Assembly: GCA_012295275.1 (NCBI GenBank)
Contig: CM022665.1
Span: 8,804,001 to 8,868,000 of the forward strand
Direction: 5' to 3'
DNA from: Chrysomallon squamiferum
Taxonomy: Eukaryota > Animalia > Mollusca
DNA: 64,000 bases
Below the pieces are notes generated by a model that saw only the letters and a program-made list of their open reading frames with translations, made no database searches and had not been told where the DNA came from. Made by a program: the position numbers and the translations under genes. This document shows, piece after piece, positions 1 through 13,518 of this stretch (its first letter is position 1; every line of letters starts with the position of its first letter).

Positions 1-649
1 AGGAATCTCTTGCATCATATGATCAAACTTTCAGTTACCTACCTCTGAAATGTACCTCGACCTTGACCTCAACCTCACGAAAAAATACCTCAAATGAAAA
101 CTCATTTCCTGCACCTGAAGTATCAGGTGCTCTGCAGCTACCTCCGTATTTACAAGACAGCTTATTCTTACCTAATGCAAGATACGCACTCAGGAATTCA
201 AACACTGAACCATATGACCTCTCAGTTAAGGGAAGCAACCTGACAGACAAGGGCAGCAGTTCGGACTACAGTTCTGACAAGCTGAACCTTAGTGTGGCCA
301 TGATGGTGGCCATGACCTCAATACAGCATACCTCAACGTCTGAAAACCATGACAAACCTCACACCATGGGCAGCGGCATGTACCTCAGTGAAATGCATGT
401 ATCGCCTTCAACATCCGTCTCTCAGGCAGGGTTTATTGGTGACAGAGGAAAGCAGCAACAACTTCAACAGCAGGGACCATCTGCCATAACTCAGGCCTCC
501 TCCAGTCCACACATCATGAGCATCCTAACAAGCAAGCAGACAGTGCCAGCAGGTGAACATCATGCTCATCCAGTGACTCTAGCACGATCCTCAGTGTCCA
601 CAGACAGTGGCATTTCGGTGAAGGAGAGTCTCCCAGACAGTCCCACTGG
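1..649 (+). CDS. Long Ser/Thr/Gln-rich coding exon, 5'-truncated by the window edge; probable alternative N-terminal (A/B) exon of the ER gene
   Basis: Frame is open from position 3 (ESLASYDQTFSYLPLK...) to 649, about 215 codons, with clearly higher GC than the flanks. It ends ACT GG|GTAAGT (donor 650) in phase 2, which joins in frame to the exon at 42536 (GG+G=Gly). Linkage to ER is inferred from strand and phase only. Confidence 0.7.
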
Positions 650-684
650 GTAAGTACTGATGCACATACACACATACTACTTTT

Positions 685-950
685 TTTTTCACATCTTATT
701 TGACAGACATCATTGATGTTTATACTTTACTAATAATTCTTAACATACTCTTTCTTTTCACATGCTATCTGAATAAAAATGCAATTTCACAAAGACTTCA
801 TTGACACTTACATACCTTTATTAATATTTCATAGAGGATAAAGGTATATAAACATTTCATTTTCAATGATAAATGTACATGATTTTCTTTTCATATTGTA
901 TCCAAATAAAGATAAATTTCACAAAGACCTCATAGACACTTATATACAAC
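685..950. repeat. Degenerate local duplication (~133 bp period)
   Basis: TTCTTTTCA...ATTTCACAAAGAC.TCAT.GACACTTA.ATAC at ~752 and ~885. Confidence 0.7.
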
Positions 951-1588
951 ATGCACATTATTCATTTTCATTTTTATTTTAGAAGATTTTGGTGCACTAA
1001 AAACTAGAAACCATTGCTGTAATAAAAAAAGGACAAACATAAATAATTACGTAGAGTTAAATATGTTTCAAAAATGATATCTTTGGAATTGGTTATTGAA
1101 TTCAATATGAATAACACAAAATGTTTCTGATTGAAATTTTAAAATTATTTAAGCATTAAAATACTATTATTGTTGTCACAAGATATTCATTTCTGTTTAA
1201 TGGTCATTATAATATGGCTAGCATGATAAACCTTACCTCTGCTAGAAAACCACACAAATATCCCAAGGAGAGTCTTTCATACTGCATGCAGAGGTTTAGA
1301 AATCTTCAGTTCCAGTGAATTTAATTTTTCTTTTTTAAATAGTAAAGAGTTAAAGCATGCATTATAATAATCTTCATTCATACTTCTATGTTTTGTCATT
1401 CATCCAAAATGACCTTTCTTTTTTTTTTTTTAATTACTGAAGAGAATTGTCAACAATAATTTTTTATTTTCTTTCACAACAACATAAAATTTATTTTTGT
1501 ATCTTTTATGTTATACTCAAAATTATATTGTATTTCTACCAAAATAATTGTATTTCATAAAAAAAAAATACACAAGATTTTTTACTTA

Positions 1589-1589
<1 letters not shown>

Positions 1590-1630
<41 letters not shown>
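1590..1630. repeat. Poly(A) tract
   Basis: About 40 consecutive A. Confidence 0.95.
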
Positions 1631-1632
<2 letters not shown>

Positions 1633-1932
1633 AGAAATAAAAAGATGTAGACAAGATGAATTGAAGCAAAAACAGAACAGGAATTTTGTTATGAATTCAT
1701 ATTTGCATTATGCATATAATGTAAATGATACATTGGATGTCATATCATATTAAACTTGTTTATTTCACTCTTGCTTACATATAATGTTTTACAACACATT
1801 TCATATGTAAAGTTATTTTTCCTGTGAAAACATTCAACAAAATAGTCTGTTCTTCACATGTTTAGTTACAATATTTTTGCTTTCAGAAATATTTATTTTT
1901 TTAAATTTATCTTGAAGTAATAAAATGTTAAT

Positions 1933-2015
1933 ATGAAAAATATATCTGATAAAAAATCTACAACAGAAAAAGAAGGTGACTTCAAAACATCTGTTATAGT
2001 TTACCATTTCAGCAG
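1933..2015 (+). CDS. Candidate alternative first coding exon (MKNISDKKSTTEKEGDFKTSVIVYHFS-R)
   Basis: ATG at 1933, 27 codons plus AG, then a perfect CAG|GTAAGT donor at 2016; phase 2 fits 42536. AT-rich, so chance is possible. Confidence 0.3.
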
Positions 2016-2339
2016 GTAAGTTTTGATTTGTTCTTGTTATGCTTTTATTTCAGATATTTCATTGTTTGTTCTATCAATGAAGAAACTGAGAAAATGATCT
2101 GAATGTGTTTCTGTTGATGCTATTTTTGTATAATCTTTTTATGTACTGGTTTCTCTAAATTGATAATTTCCTAATGAATGAAATATTATATAATTATTTA
2201 TTTTACAATACATTTATACAGCTTTAATTTTTGGTATAGACAAATAATTAGCAGGTGAATGTTTGTTAATATCTGAACAAATTGTTACCATGTAAGACAT
2301 CACTTTAAGTGAAGGTACAATTTGAGAAGATGCAGTCAC

Positions 2340-2750
2340 TAACTCTGCTATTTGGGTTACTCTTGCTGATTCACAACAAGGAATCTTTTATCTACATCCA
2401 GTGACAAACATGGAAGCACTTACCACAATATTTGATACACCAGTCATATAGAATACTGGTTAGAATTTGTGAATATTGGCTTAATGGAATATCACACCTT
2501 TTTGATGAAAAATGCTCTTGCAACACTTTAAGATTGAAAGTGTTGATACCACTCCATAAGCAAATGTTAGGAATAAAACTGACATTAGAGTATTTTTTTA
2601 CAATACAGGGAAGCATATACCATAGCCTTTGATATCATCCATAGAACAATGGTTATAATGGGGAAATAAGCTAGTGAGATCATTCAGAAAAATTAAACAT
2701 ATGACCATTGCTTTTCTGGCAAGCACTAAAATGCCAGGATGACATAAAAA
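2340..2750 (-). mobile_element. Two adjacent decayed SINE-like copies
   Basis: Shared core GGAAGCACTTACCACAATATTTGATACACCAGTC (~2412) and GGGAAGCATATACCATAGCCTTTGATATC (~2608); its reverse complement recurs at ~37720, ~43240 and ~43530. Confidence 0.6.
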
Positions 2751-5700
2751 TGTGTAAAGAAAAAGAAAAAAAGAATGTTTTTAATAAATGTAATTTTAAA
2801 TAATGTTTTAACAACAGTTTATTTCAGTATGCTTCATATTATTATTATTTGTATTTTTAATTTTATTTTTGATTTAATCAAAATGCTTGATGTTTTCAAT
2901 CCAAATAGGATTCTGCATTGTCTTTATTTTCATCATTCCCATTAGCCATTTGGCACAAGACATACACAGATATAAGAGGCTGAGTACAGCCTTAATCAGA
3001 GAAAGAAAGAAAAAAAATACTGCAGAAGATCTTTTTAAAGACATGATCTGGTGTGCACACAGTGTTAGCTAGATAACGTACAGAATAGCTAGTCTTGTTT
3101 TTGCTGTGCTTATTTATAAGCTGCTTTTAGAATATTAATTTAGGTGATATTTACGACTTCTAAATTTTTAAATATAAGAAAATCAATGTATAATTGATAC
3201 CTTAGTCATAAAGTCCAGAACTGTTTAATACAAACTAGAAAATATTTATCTGTTGCCAAGCAATGTTTTGTTCTTTTAAGCACCAAAAGTTTCCATTTTT
3301 GTTTATTTAGCAAAATGAATGTAATTATGCAGCATGGACAAATTTCAAATATTGCTGGTCTTTTAAAAAGTTAATTTCATTATAAAAAGCAAACAACATC
3401 TGATTAATAATTGTTTGTTCAATCAATAACTTATGCTTGTGTGAAATCATTTTCTTGCCTGCTTCTGTTCAATAAATATAAAAAACACTGTGATTATTAG
3501 ACCACAGAGCTCTGGTTAGAATGGGTTACATGCCAATAATTGTGTAGATTCAGAATAGATCTATAATGCACATTATTTCAGAAAAATGTTTTGAAACAGT
3601 AAATTTTAATCACTGTTGTTGTTGGTAGCAGGTTTGGTCTAAAGGACATCACTATTTGGCTATTTTCTGGTCCTTCAAGCTTTGAACTAATCTGCTAAGT
3701 GGTCACAAGCACACTGGGTGAGTTGGTGGTCAAAGGAATTACAGATAATTTCCCTCCGGTCAGCTATGGTTTGTCACTTTGGTCTGAACCTGAGTGACCT
3801 GAATCAAATTACTGCATAAAGCAGAACATCATTCTCAATTGCTTCAATTGCCTGTAGCCATGGCAACAGATGCAAAAGCTAATTACATATTTAAAAACAA
3901 AAATAAATATAATTTTAATGACACTTCAACAGTTTATTATCAGGGGTTAGGCAGAATATATTTAGACAGTTTCTTTGCAACACATTTTTCAGTTTAAAAT
4001 ATAACTGCTGTATATTTTTATGCCAATCAAATATTTTAAGTTCTTTTTTTCTTCTTCTTTTTTTTTTTCTTCTTTTCTGCTGCAGAATAAAATCAATTAA
4101 ATAGCATTAGATATCATGAAAGTTATTTGAAATTTTAGAAAATAGTTGCTATATATTTTGATATCAGTCTTGTGTTTTAAGCTTGAAATAGTTTTTCTGT
4201 ATGAGAATAAAATCACAAGAAAGTGTGAAAGGAAAATGACAAATATAAAATGTTTGACAACAAACATTCATGTGCTGAATTAAACAAACATTTTACAGGT
4301 TGAAACATGCAAGTATAAAACACAAACAAAATTTGCCCTGGTTTTTTAGTTAAATGGGATAGATTTCAGTAAACAAATAAATCAAACACTATTCTTTTCA
4401 TGGCATGGAGTAAGAACACCAAGATCATAATGATATTTTTAATTACAGCAGTACCAGTGATTTAATGAGGGTTGTATCCTTGGCAGTATTAGCATTTGTT
4501 TAAAAATTAAAGGTACTGTTGTTAATGTTACAGTCAATTTTATGAGGCTGGTGCCTCAGTTGTTATATTATTAATGTGTGTGTATAGTGACAAAAACAAA
4601 TAGATTAAATACATTTGGTATGCTCTAAATCTTTTTATTATTATCTTTTTTTTTATTTGTTGTGACACCAGTTCAATAATGAAAGACACAAATAATGGCA
4701 AAATTATGATTAAAATGAATCTATGATTCTTTTTCTTTACATTCAGAGGATTTTTTTGTTTTGCTAATTCACTTTGATAAACACAGTCAAAGCTGCCTTT
4801 GTCATATCTGTCATGCAGCAGCTTTTTCTATACAGTTCTTTGTTATATTCAAATCTTTGTTATTATACATAGCAGCTCTCTGTGAATATTCAGATGCATA
4901 TTACTGAAACATATCTGAAAATGATAATTGGGTTTTTTCTGTTTATTTTATAGATTTTCTCTATTGTTTTATAGCATAAAAAGTTCATACAGAAAAAAGG
5001 CCATAAAGTAGAAAGAAAGGAAAATTTGTAGGTTTATTTACTTATTCATTTTATTTTATTTTGTAAATACACTTTCTGATTTTAAAATTATTTTTTGCTA
5101 ATAAAATAGAGATGTTTTTTTGTTTTTGTTCTGCACTAAATAATCAAAATCTATGTTCAGACAGTTGCATTATTAGTAAAATAATTTTTTTAAAAATACC
5201 AAAGATACCATATTTTTTGTTTGTTCAAAACAGCCATTAATATGTTTTTTCAAATTTATCATTGCTTATACAGATGAATAAATGTCATAGAAGTACAGAA
5301 AAGTGTCATAAACACATGTTAGCCTTGACTTTTTAGGTTAATGAAAGTGTAACATAATCCCTGGAATATGTTATGTCAGAGGTTTCAGGGATATTATGTA
5401 CCATTTCTAAGAGGATGAAAATGAAGTGTCAAGCAAGCATTAATTTATGATAGAAGATTTTATAAAGTTTCTGGTGTATAAAAATTAATATATTACTGTT
5501 GTCTCTATGGTGTAGTGTACCCCATGATTTATTTAATATAAGTGAATTCAGAAAAATGTCAAAATGTTTTATCACCGTTTCTTTTTTCAGATGAAAGCAA
5601 AATAAAAGTTTTTTTCAAGATAAATTAATCTTCATTTAGTAGGAAACAAATATTAATAAAAATCCAAAAGAGTGAGATGGTTTAAAGGATTAGATTTAAT

Positions 5701-6384
5701 ATGTTTCTTTTTATTTATTTTTTTTGAATTTTTTATGTATTTTTTATAATTTTGTGCCAATGGTGATCGTTTACTTACAGCAACTCAGTTTGCCAAGGAT
5801 ATTTGTCAGCATTAAAAATGTTCTGAATAGGTTATTTGTATTAACAAAAATCTTGTATGTTAGAATTGATTTTGTTTTGGTTAAAGTAATATACCTTAGG
5901 TTTGTAAAAATTACATTTATAAGATCATTTTAAATATTTTGTTAATACTGGTTTATTTTAATATGCTACATATAACAATAAAATTATTTATCTATTATTA
6001 TTATTAACAACACCAGTGATTATTTTTTTCATCAACTTTTAAATTAAAACATTTGGTGTTTCTGATGTAAATAATTTTCAGTGAAACATGCAACATTATT
6101 TGCTTCTTACCAAAAGATCTATGAATATATATGCCTTTATGTATAATAATAAGTCAACCTATGAAATCAAACTATATTTTTTTTATACAAAGACACAGTA
6201 ATATATTCAGATGTTTTTCTCATTATTTTTCAGTTATTCTTCTGTTTTTTCATTGTTATTGTTTTTTCTTCTTTGAATACTAATGCAATGAACAGTTGGA
6301 ATATTTCTAATAAATATAAAAAATTGTTACATTAAAATTGCTTGGAATGGCACATCAAGAACTCACATTATCTGACAAATAAAT

Positions 6385-6650
6385 CAATATCATTTACCAT
6401 GCATAGGATTAGAATAATAATAACATATTGTGAGTAGGATAATAATAATACATAATGCAGAGGATTATTATAATAATAACACATAATTATATACACAGCG
6501 TTATGATAACCTATAACATGCATAGAAAGTATAATAATAGCATAACAAGAATAGGATTGTAACAATAACATATAACAGGCATTACAGTAATAACATATTA
6601 TATAGACATTGTAATAATATAACATGCATAGAAAGTATAATAATAGCATC
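6385..6650. repeat. Degenerate ~25-30 bp minisatellite
   Basis: Recurrent ATAATAATAACATA and TAACATGCATAGAAAGTATAATAATAGCAT (exact repeat at ~6514 and ~6620). Confidence 0.75.
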
Positions 6651-8061
6651 TATATATTTTTGTTTTGGAAAACAAAGTCTTTTAAGTTATAAATCAGTAT
6701 AAGATTGTCATACTGTTTAGCCAGTGCTGCAAATAATGAATACTTGTTAAAAAGAATGTCAATAATGATTATGATGATGCTGATGATAAGTTAAAGAATT
6801 TAAAAAAAAATAAAAAACAATAAAAAAATGAATGATATCAATAAATTCAATGATTTTGATACTTTTTTTTCTTAATACAAAACATATTTAATATAGGTGC
6901 TCAAATGTTTTATGTTTTAATTCTAATTCCATAGTATAGTGTAAATAACACAGTACCATGCTTACATACATACGTGCCTACATACATTATATTTATTGTC
7001 TTAAAACTTTATTTTATTTTGAATGGCTGTGTTAAATTTGCTCATATTGTATCTCATTAATATTTTTCAGTTTACAGTATTATTAAATCCTGTTCTTTAT
7101 TTTCCACCTTTTTGCTCCCTTACATTAATTAGTCTATTTCTTGCTCTGGCCACTGTTCCACTTTAATTTATTGAGGAACATTGTATGTCCTTTCATGGGT
7201 CTTGTTTTAAAAAGTTACTTGAAAAATATCTTGCTGGTTTTTAAGAGTAGTGCATGGAATGGTTGTAGAAATTTTTTTTCTTCATATATCATTGTTTTTT
7301 TACAATAAATATTTAATTTCTTAATATAGATTCACTGTCCCTCATTTGAAATCTAGAGGTACAGACCAAAAATGGACTATAGGATTTATTTGTTAAAAAA
7401 AATAATTGTATTCTAAATGGGTTATTCCACATTTCACAGAGACATACACATACACACAAAATTGTAGGCAGTATGATACGAAATCAAGTCTATGCAATAC
7501 TGCTGAATGTTAATGCTAAGCCATTAAATAAATATTTATTTGTTGGAGTGAATAAATATAATAATGAAAACAAATTATATAATTGTTTTTAATTTAGAGA
7601 AAAATACATCCATATTAATTTTGAAAAGATATGGGAGGTAACTCTTAAATACTTAAAAAAATATGCACAACTGAAGAAAATAATTTATTTTCAAAGGAGG
7701 AAATGTCATCAAGCACACAAAATATTAATAATAACAAAAGGCTGAATTACACTGGAAAAAAAAACAAAACAGTCTTCTTTATCCAGATACCTGCAATCTT
7801 ATTGTCAAATATATTTATATCACAGTGTAAATATGTTTAAATTTACAATAACAATTTTGTTTATATAACATGCATATCTGTGAAGTGAAGGTCAATAATT
7901 TATATTACACATGAAATAATAATAAAGAGAATAATAATAAAACATTTTTATATCTATTTATAATTTATGTTATGTAGTATTTATACATGAAACAATAATG
8001 ATAGTAATGAAGACAATTGTAAACATATTTATATCTCTCTGTCTATAATTTACATTTCATA

Positions 8062-8081
8062 GTGTGTGTGTGTGTGCGTGC

Positions 8082-8122
<41 letters not shown>
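8062..8122. repeat. (GT)n microsatellite
   Basis: Direct reading. Confidence 0.95.
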
Positions 8123-8125
<3 letters not shown>

Positions 8126-9682
8126 GTACCCATTTACATATACATGAAATAATAATAAAAACAAAATATATTCATATGTCTGTCTGTCAGACTGTATATC
8201 TAACTGTCTATGTGTCTGTAATTTATACTGCATACTTTGCACAAACAAAATAATAATAAAATATAATGTTTGTATCTTTTCTTTTTTTTTTTCTGTCTGT
8301 CTGTCTGTCTGTCTGTATGTATGTATGTCTGTCTATATCTTTAATCCTCAGTCACAAACTTTACTTTAGTTAAGATCTGTGTTTAACGAATTTCAGAACT
8401 GGTATATGTTTTAGTTTTGCCTTCAGTCTGTAAGTTATTAACCTACTTCTTTACACCTGCCATTTCTTCCTGTTTATTGGTGATATTAAATACATGTTGT
8501 TTTTTTTCTTTTCGTTTTTCTTCCATCTCTAATATCCCAGAATTCATTTCAGACTTATTGTTAGAAAAACTGTGTATTTATTGCATCATATTGTTTGTTT
8601 AAAGCTACACACTATGCATTTAATATGAATATTTTCATCGTCTGTTAATTTGAAATAGGTTGATGTGATACTTGGAATCTCTCTCTTGATTACAAATATA
8701 CTTTGTAAAATAAAATATCATAGTATACTTTTTTTAATTCCTTGTTTAAAATTTTATACTGCATTTTTTTTTCACATTTAAAAAACATAATAAATGTCTG
8801 TGTTTGATACTGAATTTATTTTCTTTCCATTTATTTTATTGGATATTTTAAATTTCTGTTTAAATTAAATGTGGATTATTTAAATTAAAGTAAATAATGA
8901 TATGGCATGATTGAATAATGATTATATGACTGTGGTTGGTCTTAGGAGAAAACTTTGTTGTGTAACTGTAAATGTTGAGCTTCGTATTTTAGCTTTGTTT
9001 TTTGTTTTTTAAAAACTGGCTTGTTTTTCTGAATGTGAATCGTTTTTTGTCAGACTTCTTTTATTCTAATTACTGTCCTAAATAATTTGTAGACATATCT
9101 GGTTAGAATAAAGCAGAGATTTATATGGAAATAAATGTTTGAAATATACACATATAATTGTAGATAAAAAACACACACAAAAGCACCCACCATCAAACAT
9201 AATGTATTTCTTAATTAAATATTCCTATAATAGCATTACATTTACACAACAATGACAACACAGATCTGCACAGCAATAATGATAAATAAATAATTTTCTT
9301 TTCCCCAAGAATGAATTAAAATATTTAATGCTAAGACTAAAGTTTACTTTATGAATGAAATACTTAGAAACAAATGAATGACATTTCATAGTAATACATG
9401 ATAGATTCTAGCATGCCTGCTGTGGATTTAATTTGTGATTTAAAAAACAGAAAGAAAAAGAAAAAGAGATGAAGAACTAATTAAGGGAAAGAGCTGACAT
9501 TTTAATACCCAAAAAGCAGAACAATGTTGAAATTCATCTAAGAGTTTTTGGAACAAACTGTTTTCTTTTTTGATATAGTTATATACATATAAAACATAAT
9601 CAAATTCAATTTCCTCCAAAAAACAACAAACAAACACAAAGAAAACCGATCAAAAACACATTTTCTAAATGCATTAATATCT

Positions 9683-9725
<43 letters not shown>

Positions 9726-10639
9726 TATTATTACTATTACTATTTTTATTTTATTTAATTTTATCACATTTTAAAAAAGGAATAAAAATAATAATAATAA
9801 TAATTTTGAAAATATTGTTTTATAAAATAATACAATCTGTGAAGAATATTCTGCATGTATGAAAATATATTTCACATTAGGATGCTAGATTTTCATGACA
9901 TTTCATTTTAAACACAAGTAACTTAATGCACTATTCATCTCATTTTAACAACGTCTGAAAAATTTGTCAACAAAAATTATATAACTGAATGTAAGCATGA
10001 AATTTTGAATCTGCACAGTACACACCAATGAACACATTTCTTAGCAGTAGATTTTAGAAATATTTATTTAATTTTTCATTTTGATAAAATATTCTGTCAC
10101 TGACTGATTCCCTTATCAAATAGTTTGAATTCTTCCACATTCTAAGTATTAGAAATAGAAAATAACTACCAATATAGTTTTCAAAACAGTTAAATTATGT
10201 AAAACTGTTAAATTCATCAATTTTAAATAAAGTTCACTTTTAGAATCACTCAAATGATATATATATGTGTGTGTGTGTATTTTTAAAAATTTTTTTTTTT
10301 TTTTTTGCAAAAGGTAGTAATTAAAGCAAAAGAGTCTCATCAGATTTTTTAAATATTTGGAAGCATGTAATTTTTATATATGTATGTGTCATTATTTAAA
10401 ACTGTTAGCAAAACCATTAAAACCATCTCTGCATTTTTAACTCACCGTGGCATTTATGATTTTAAAAAATTTTGAAATTCTATTTTTGTGTGTGTGTGTG
10501 TGTGTGTTTGTGCATTTTTCAGTATTAATTCAAAGAAACTCATTTATTGTAAAATTGATATGGAAAATGCTCTTGTTGGTATTTTTTCTTGTCATAGTTT
10601 TACTTGTGTGCAGGTGTTTCTATTTTCTAAATTTATAAT

Positions 10640-10830
10640 GACATAGTTTTTGAAATCTCAGTAATAGAAGACAAGAATTCTTTCTCACTGTAAGTATATT
10701 TCTAAAATTCAGTATTTCAAATCTTGAAAATAGAAAATCCAAAATATTGCTCACTGTTACTGGATTTCTAATCATCACTGTTTAAAATATTGAAAACTGG
10801 AAATCTTAATTTGTGTTTACTGTAAATTAT
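10640..10830. repeat. ~63 bp degenerate tandem repeat, 3 copies
   Basis: AAATCT..AATAGAA...CTCACTGT...ATTTCTAA pattern recurs. Confidence 0.55.
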
Positions 10831-11145
10831 CATTAAATTTGACTGAATATTCATTTGTTATTGACAACTAGTACATTCCAATTTCCACAGGCAAAAATTA
10901 AAATCAGAAAATGGCAGCAAAATTGGAGATCCTGTGGCTTGTCACATTACAAAGGTTGCACTGAATGAATGAAAAAATATATATATAAACTTTGCTACTT
11001 GGGCTGCAGCTTTTTATGAAAGTACACATCTTATCAAGCTATCTAATTGTTTTTTTATATAATGTTTAATTTAAAAGTACTATGATACAAATCTCATAAT
11101 CTGTCAGGTTAACGAGTGAAATGAAATAATTAATTTTGCTGTCTA

Positions 11146-11834
11146 CAGAGGGACCTTGCTATATGTTTCCTCTGTGTACAGAAGCTACTAATAAAAGATA
11201 TTTCAGTCAGTGTCCTTTGTTTCACGGTTACTTGTTTTGGACAGATGAAAAACACTGTGAGCAGTATGTGAATGCCATGGTGTCATGTGAGCAGTGCAAT
11301 GTCATCTACCCACAATACATTGCAACCATCTCATGTACATTTGTCTCACTTTAGATGTTATCAAAGTTCGTGATTTTTTCTTAACTTTATCTCGATTTAT
11401 TTGCATCATCTTTTAACAGTGTCAGGACTATATCTAGTGAAAGTGAAAAGTTGGGTAATGACAGAAAGAGAAGCCATGGTTGCATTGGTTTAGATGTTAA
11501 GCTAGATGTAATAAAACACAGTAAAAGTGGTGATTGAACAGTGGATATTGCAAGACATCTTGGCTTACTCCCAACCACTGTATGTTCTGTTATTAAGAAT
11601 TCTGAATTGCTCTTTGAAATTTCAAACAAAACTCTATTTTACACCTCTGTCATTTATTACACTTTTATCATTATTTGTAGGTACATTACAGTATATTTAT
11701 GCAAGTTAAGTGGTGACAGTATGGTGTGTCTGAAAGTATCTGTGTTATTAACATTAATTCCTCTTTATACTGTTCCATTATTCCTAGTATTTTCATCGTA
11801 TGCAATGATGACTGTGTATACTGAGGACATCCTG
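11146..11834 (+). mobile_element. Tigger/pogo-like non-autonomous DNA transposon relic with a dead CENP-B-type HTH fragment
   Basis: 11436-11606 translates SESEKLGNDRKRSHGCIGLDVKLDVIKHSKSGD*TVDIARHLGLLPTTVCSVIKNSE, resembling the N-terminal HTH of Tigger transposases (stop at 11535). Flanked by TA at 11144-45 and 11835-36, with imperfect TIRs (CAGAGGGACCTTGCTATA versus rc CAGGATGTCCTCAGTATA). Confidence 0.75.
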
Positions 11835-12344
11835 TATTTAAGTCTTGGCAGACTATGTGCTGAGTTGTGCTTCATTGGATGTAGACACATTAAACATTAT
11901 GGAATAGGGGTCTAAGATGGATATTTTAAATGAATTTGCTTACATTATCACCTAATTTTTTTTCCCATTCCTACTGCTACACAGAAGAGCCAGGAGCTTT
12001 TTCTCTGCCATCAGATCATGTCAACTCTGGTATCTCTCAGCTTGCCATCTGTTCATGTTAAGGCTGACAAGGGGATCCTCCCATAAACAGTTTTAAACAT
12101 TAATATTTTCTTAAACTACAATACTGTCGCCACCCAGCAAAAAAAATTTTTTTTATAAATAAATGTAGAAAATGCCATTTCTTTGGCAGGTTGTTTATAA
12201 TACATATTTCAGGTATTAGTATATATGTTTTTCTATTTTCTATTGAAATAAATACCAGGAACTCAAATGTATATTAATCCTGAGTAATAGAAAACAAAAA
12301 AAGTATTTTATACTTACTTCAGTAATCATCTTTTATAGTTATGG

Positions 12345-12595
12345 TTTATTTTGTTTCATGACATAGTAAAAGCTATTGACTGTTGGATGTCAAACCATAA
12401 GTAATTATTGATATATTTTTTTAAAAGGAAAATCAAAATATTTTTCCATTATAAGCAGCTTTCTACATACCAAAAAAAAAGATTTATTGTGATATATTGT
12501 TATCAGTGCACTGGCTTGAACTGGAAGTGGTTAACTGAGCACCTTAAGGAGATTTGATCCAATAACCCATCATACTTCAGGATGTGTCATGGTAC
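12345..12595 (-). mobile_element. Decayed SINE-like copy
   Basis: TTTATTTTGTTT...GGATGTCAAAC...TTTTTCC blocks collinear with the copy at 17845-18050. Confidence 0.5.
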
Positions 12596-13164
12596 ATTTT
12601 AATAAATAACAAAACAATTCAAGTGAGAAAACAAGATTTAAATATTGAATTGTAAGAACTTAATATGTTTTTGTTCAATACTTCAAAAAAAAAAAAAAAA
12701 AGACAGGTTGTTTCAAATGATTTTTATAATTTTATTTTTCATTATTGAAAACAATAAATAACAATACTAATAATAACAATAACAACAAAAATAATAGTAC
12801 TAAAAGAAAAAAATATATATATAGTACCATAGAATAAAAAGTATTTTTTAAAATAACAAGCAACTATAGTAATAAGTATGTTTGGAATGTTTATGGAATA
12901 AATCTTTATCCATTTAGTTTTCCTTGAAATTTTCTGTATGATCAATATATATAATAAAAGTTCATTATTACTGAAGTAGCATTACATGTGGATGTTTTAC
13001 AAAATTTAAAAAAACAAACAACAAGAAAAACACCAACAAATAAATAAATAAAAGTCAGTATGTTATAGTCAGACCTGAATTTTTTAATTATTATTCTTTT
13101 TTTATTTATTTCTTTTTTAACTGTAGTAAAATAAATAAATCAACTATAAAGTAAAAAAAACCTA

Positions 13165-13197
<33 letters not shown>

Positions 13198-13468
13198 CAT
13201 ACATACATAATATATTTAAAAAAAATTAAAAATAAAATGGACATAAATTTATGTGTATGAGTGTTCATGTGTGTATGTATGTATACACATACTTGTTATA
13301 TCTTATAAAATTCTTCTGCTTGTAGTTTCTAAGCAATAATTATAGTCATCAATACAAATGAAAAACAAAACTAGAGCATGAATGTTGAAGCACAGTATAT
13401 TATGTTTTGTATTTATTTTTCATTTACTTTTTAAAAAAACATTATCTAAAAAAATAAAATAATAAAAA

Positions 13469-13518
<50 letters not shown>

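Noticed and set aside
3680-3723. Donor ACTGG|GTGAGT as a sixth coding leader
   Set aside because: In-frame TGA 11 codons upstream with no ATG in between; at most non-coding.
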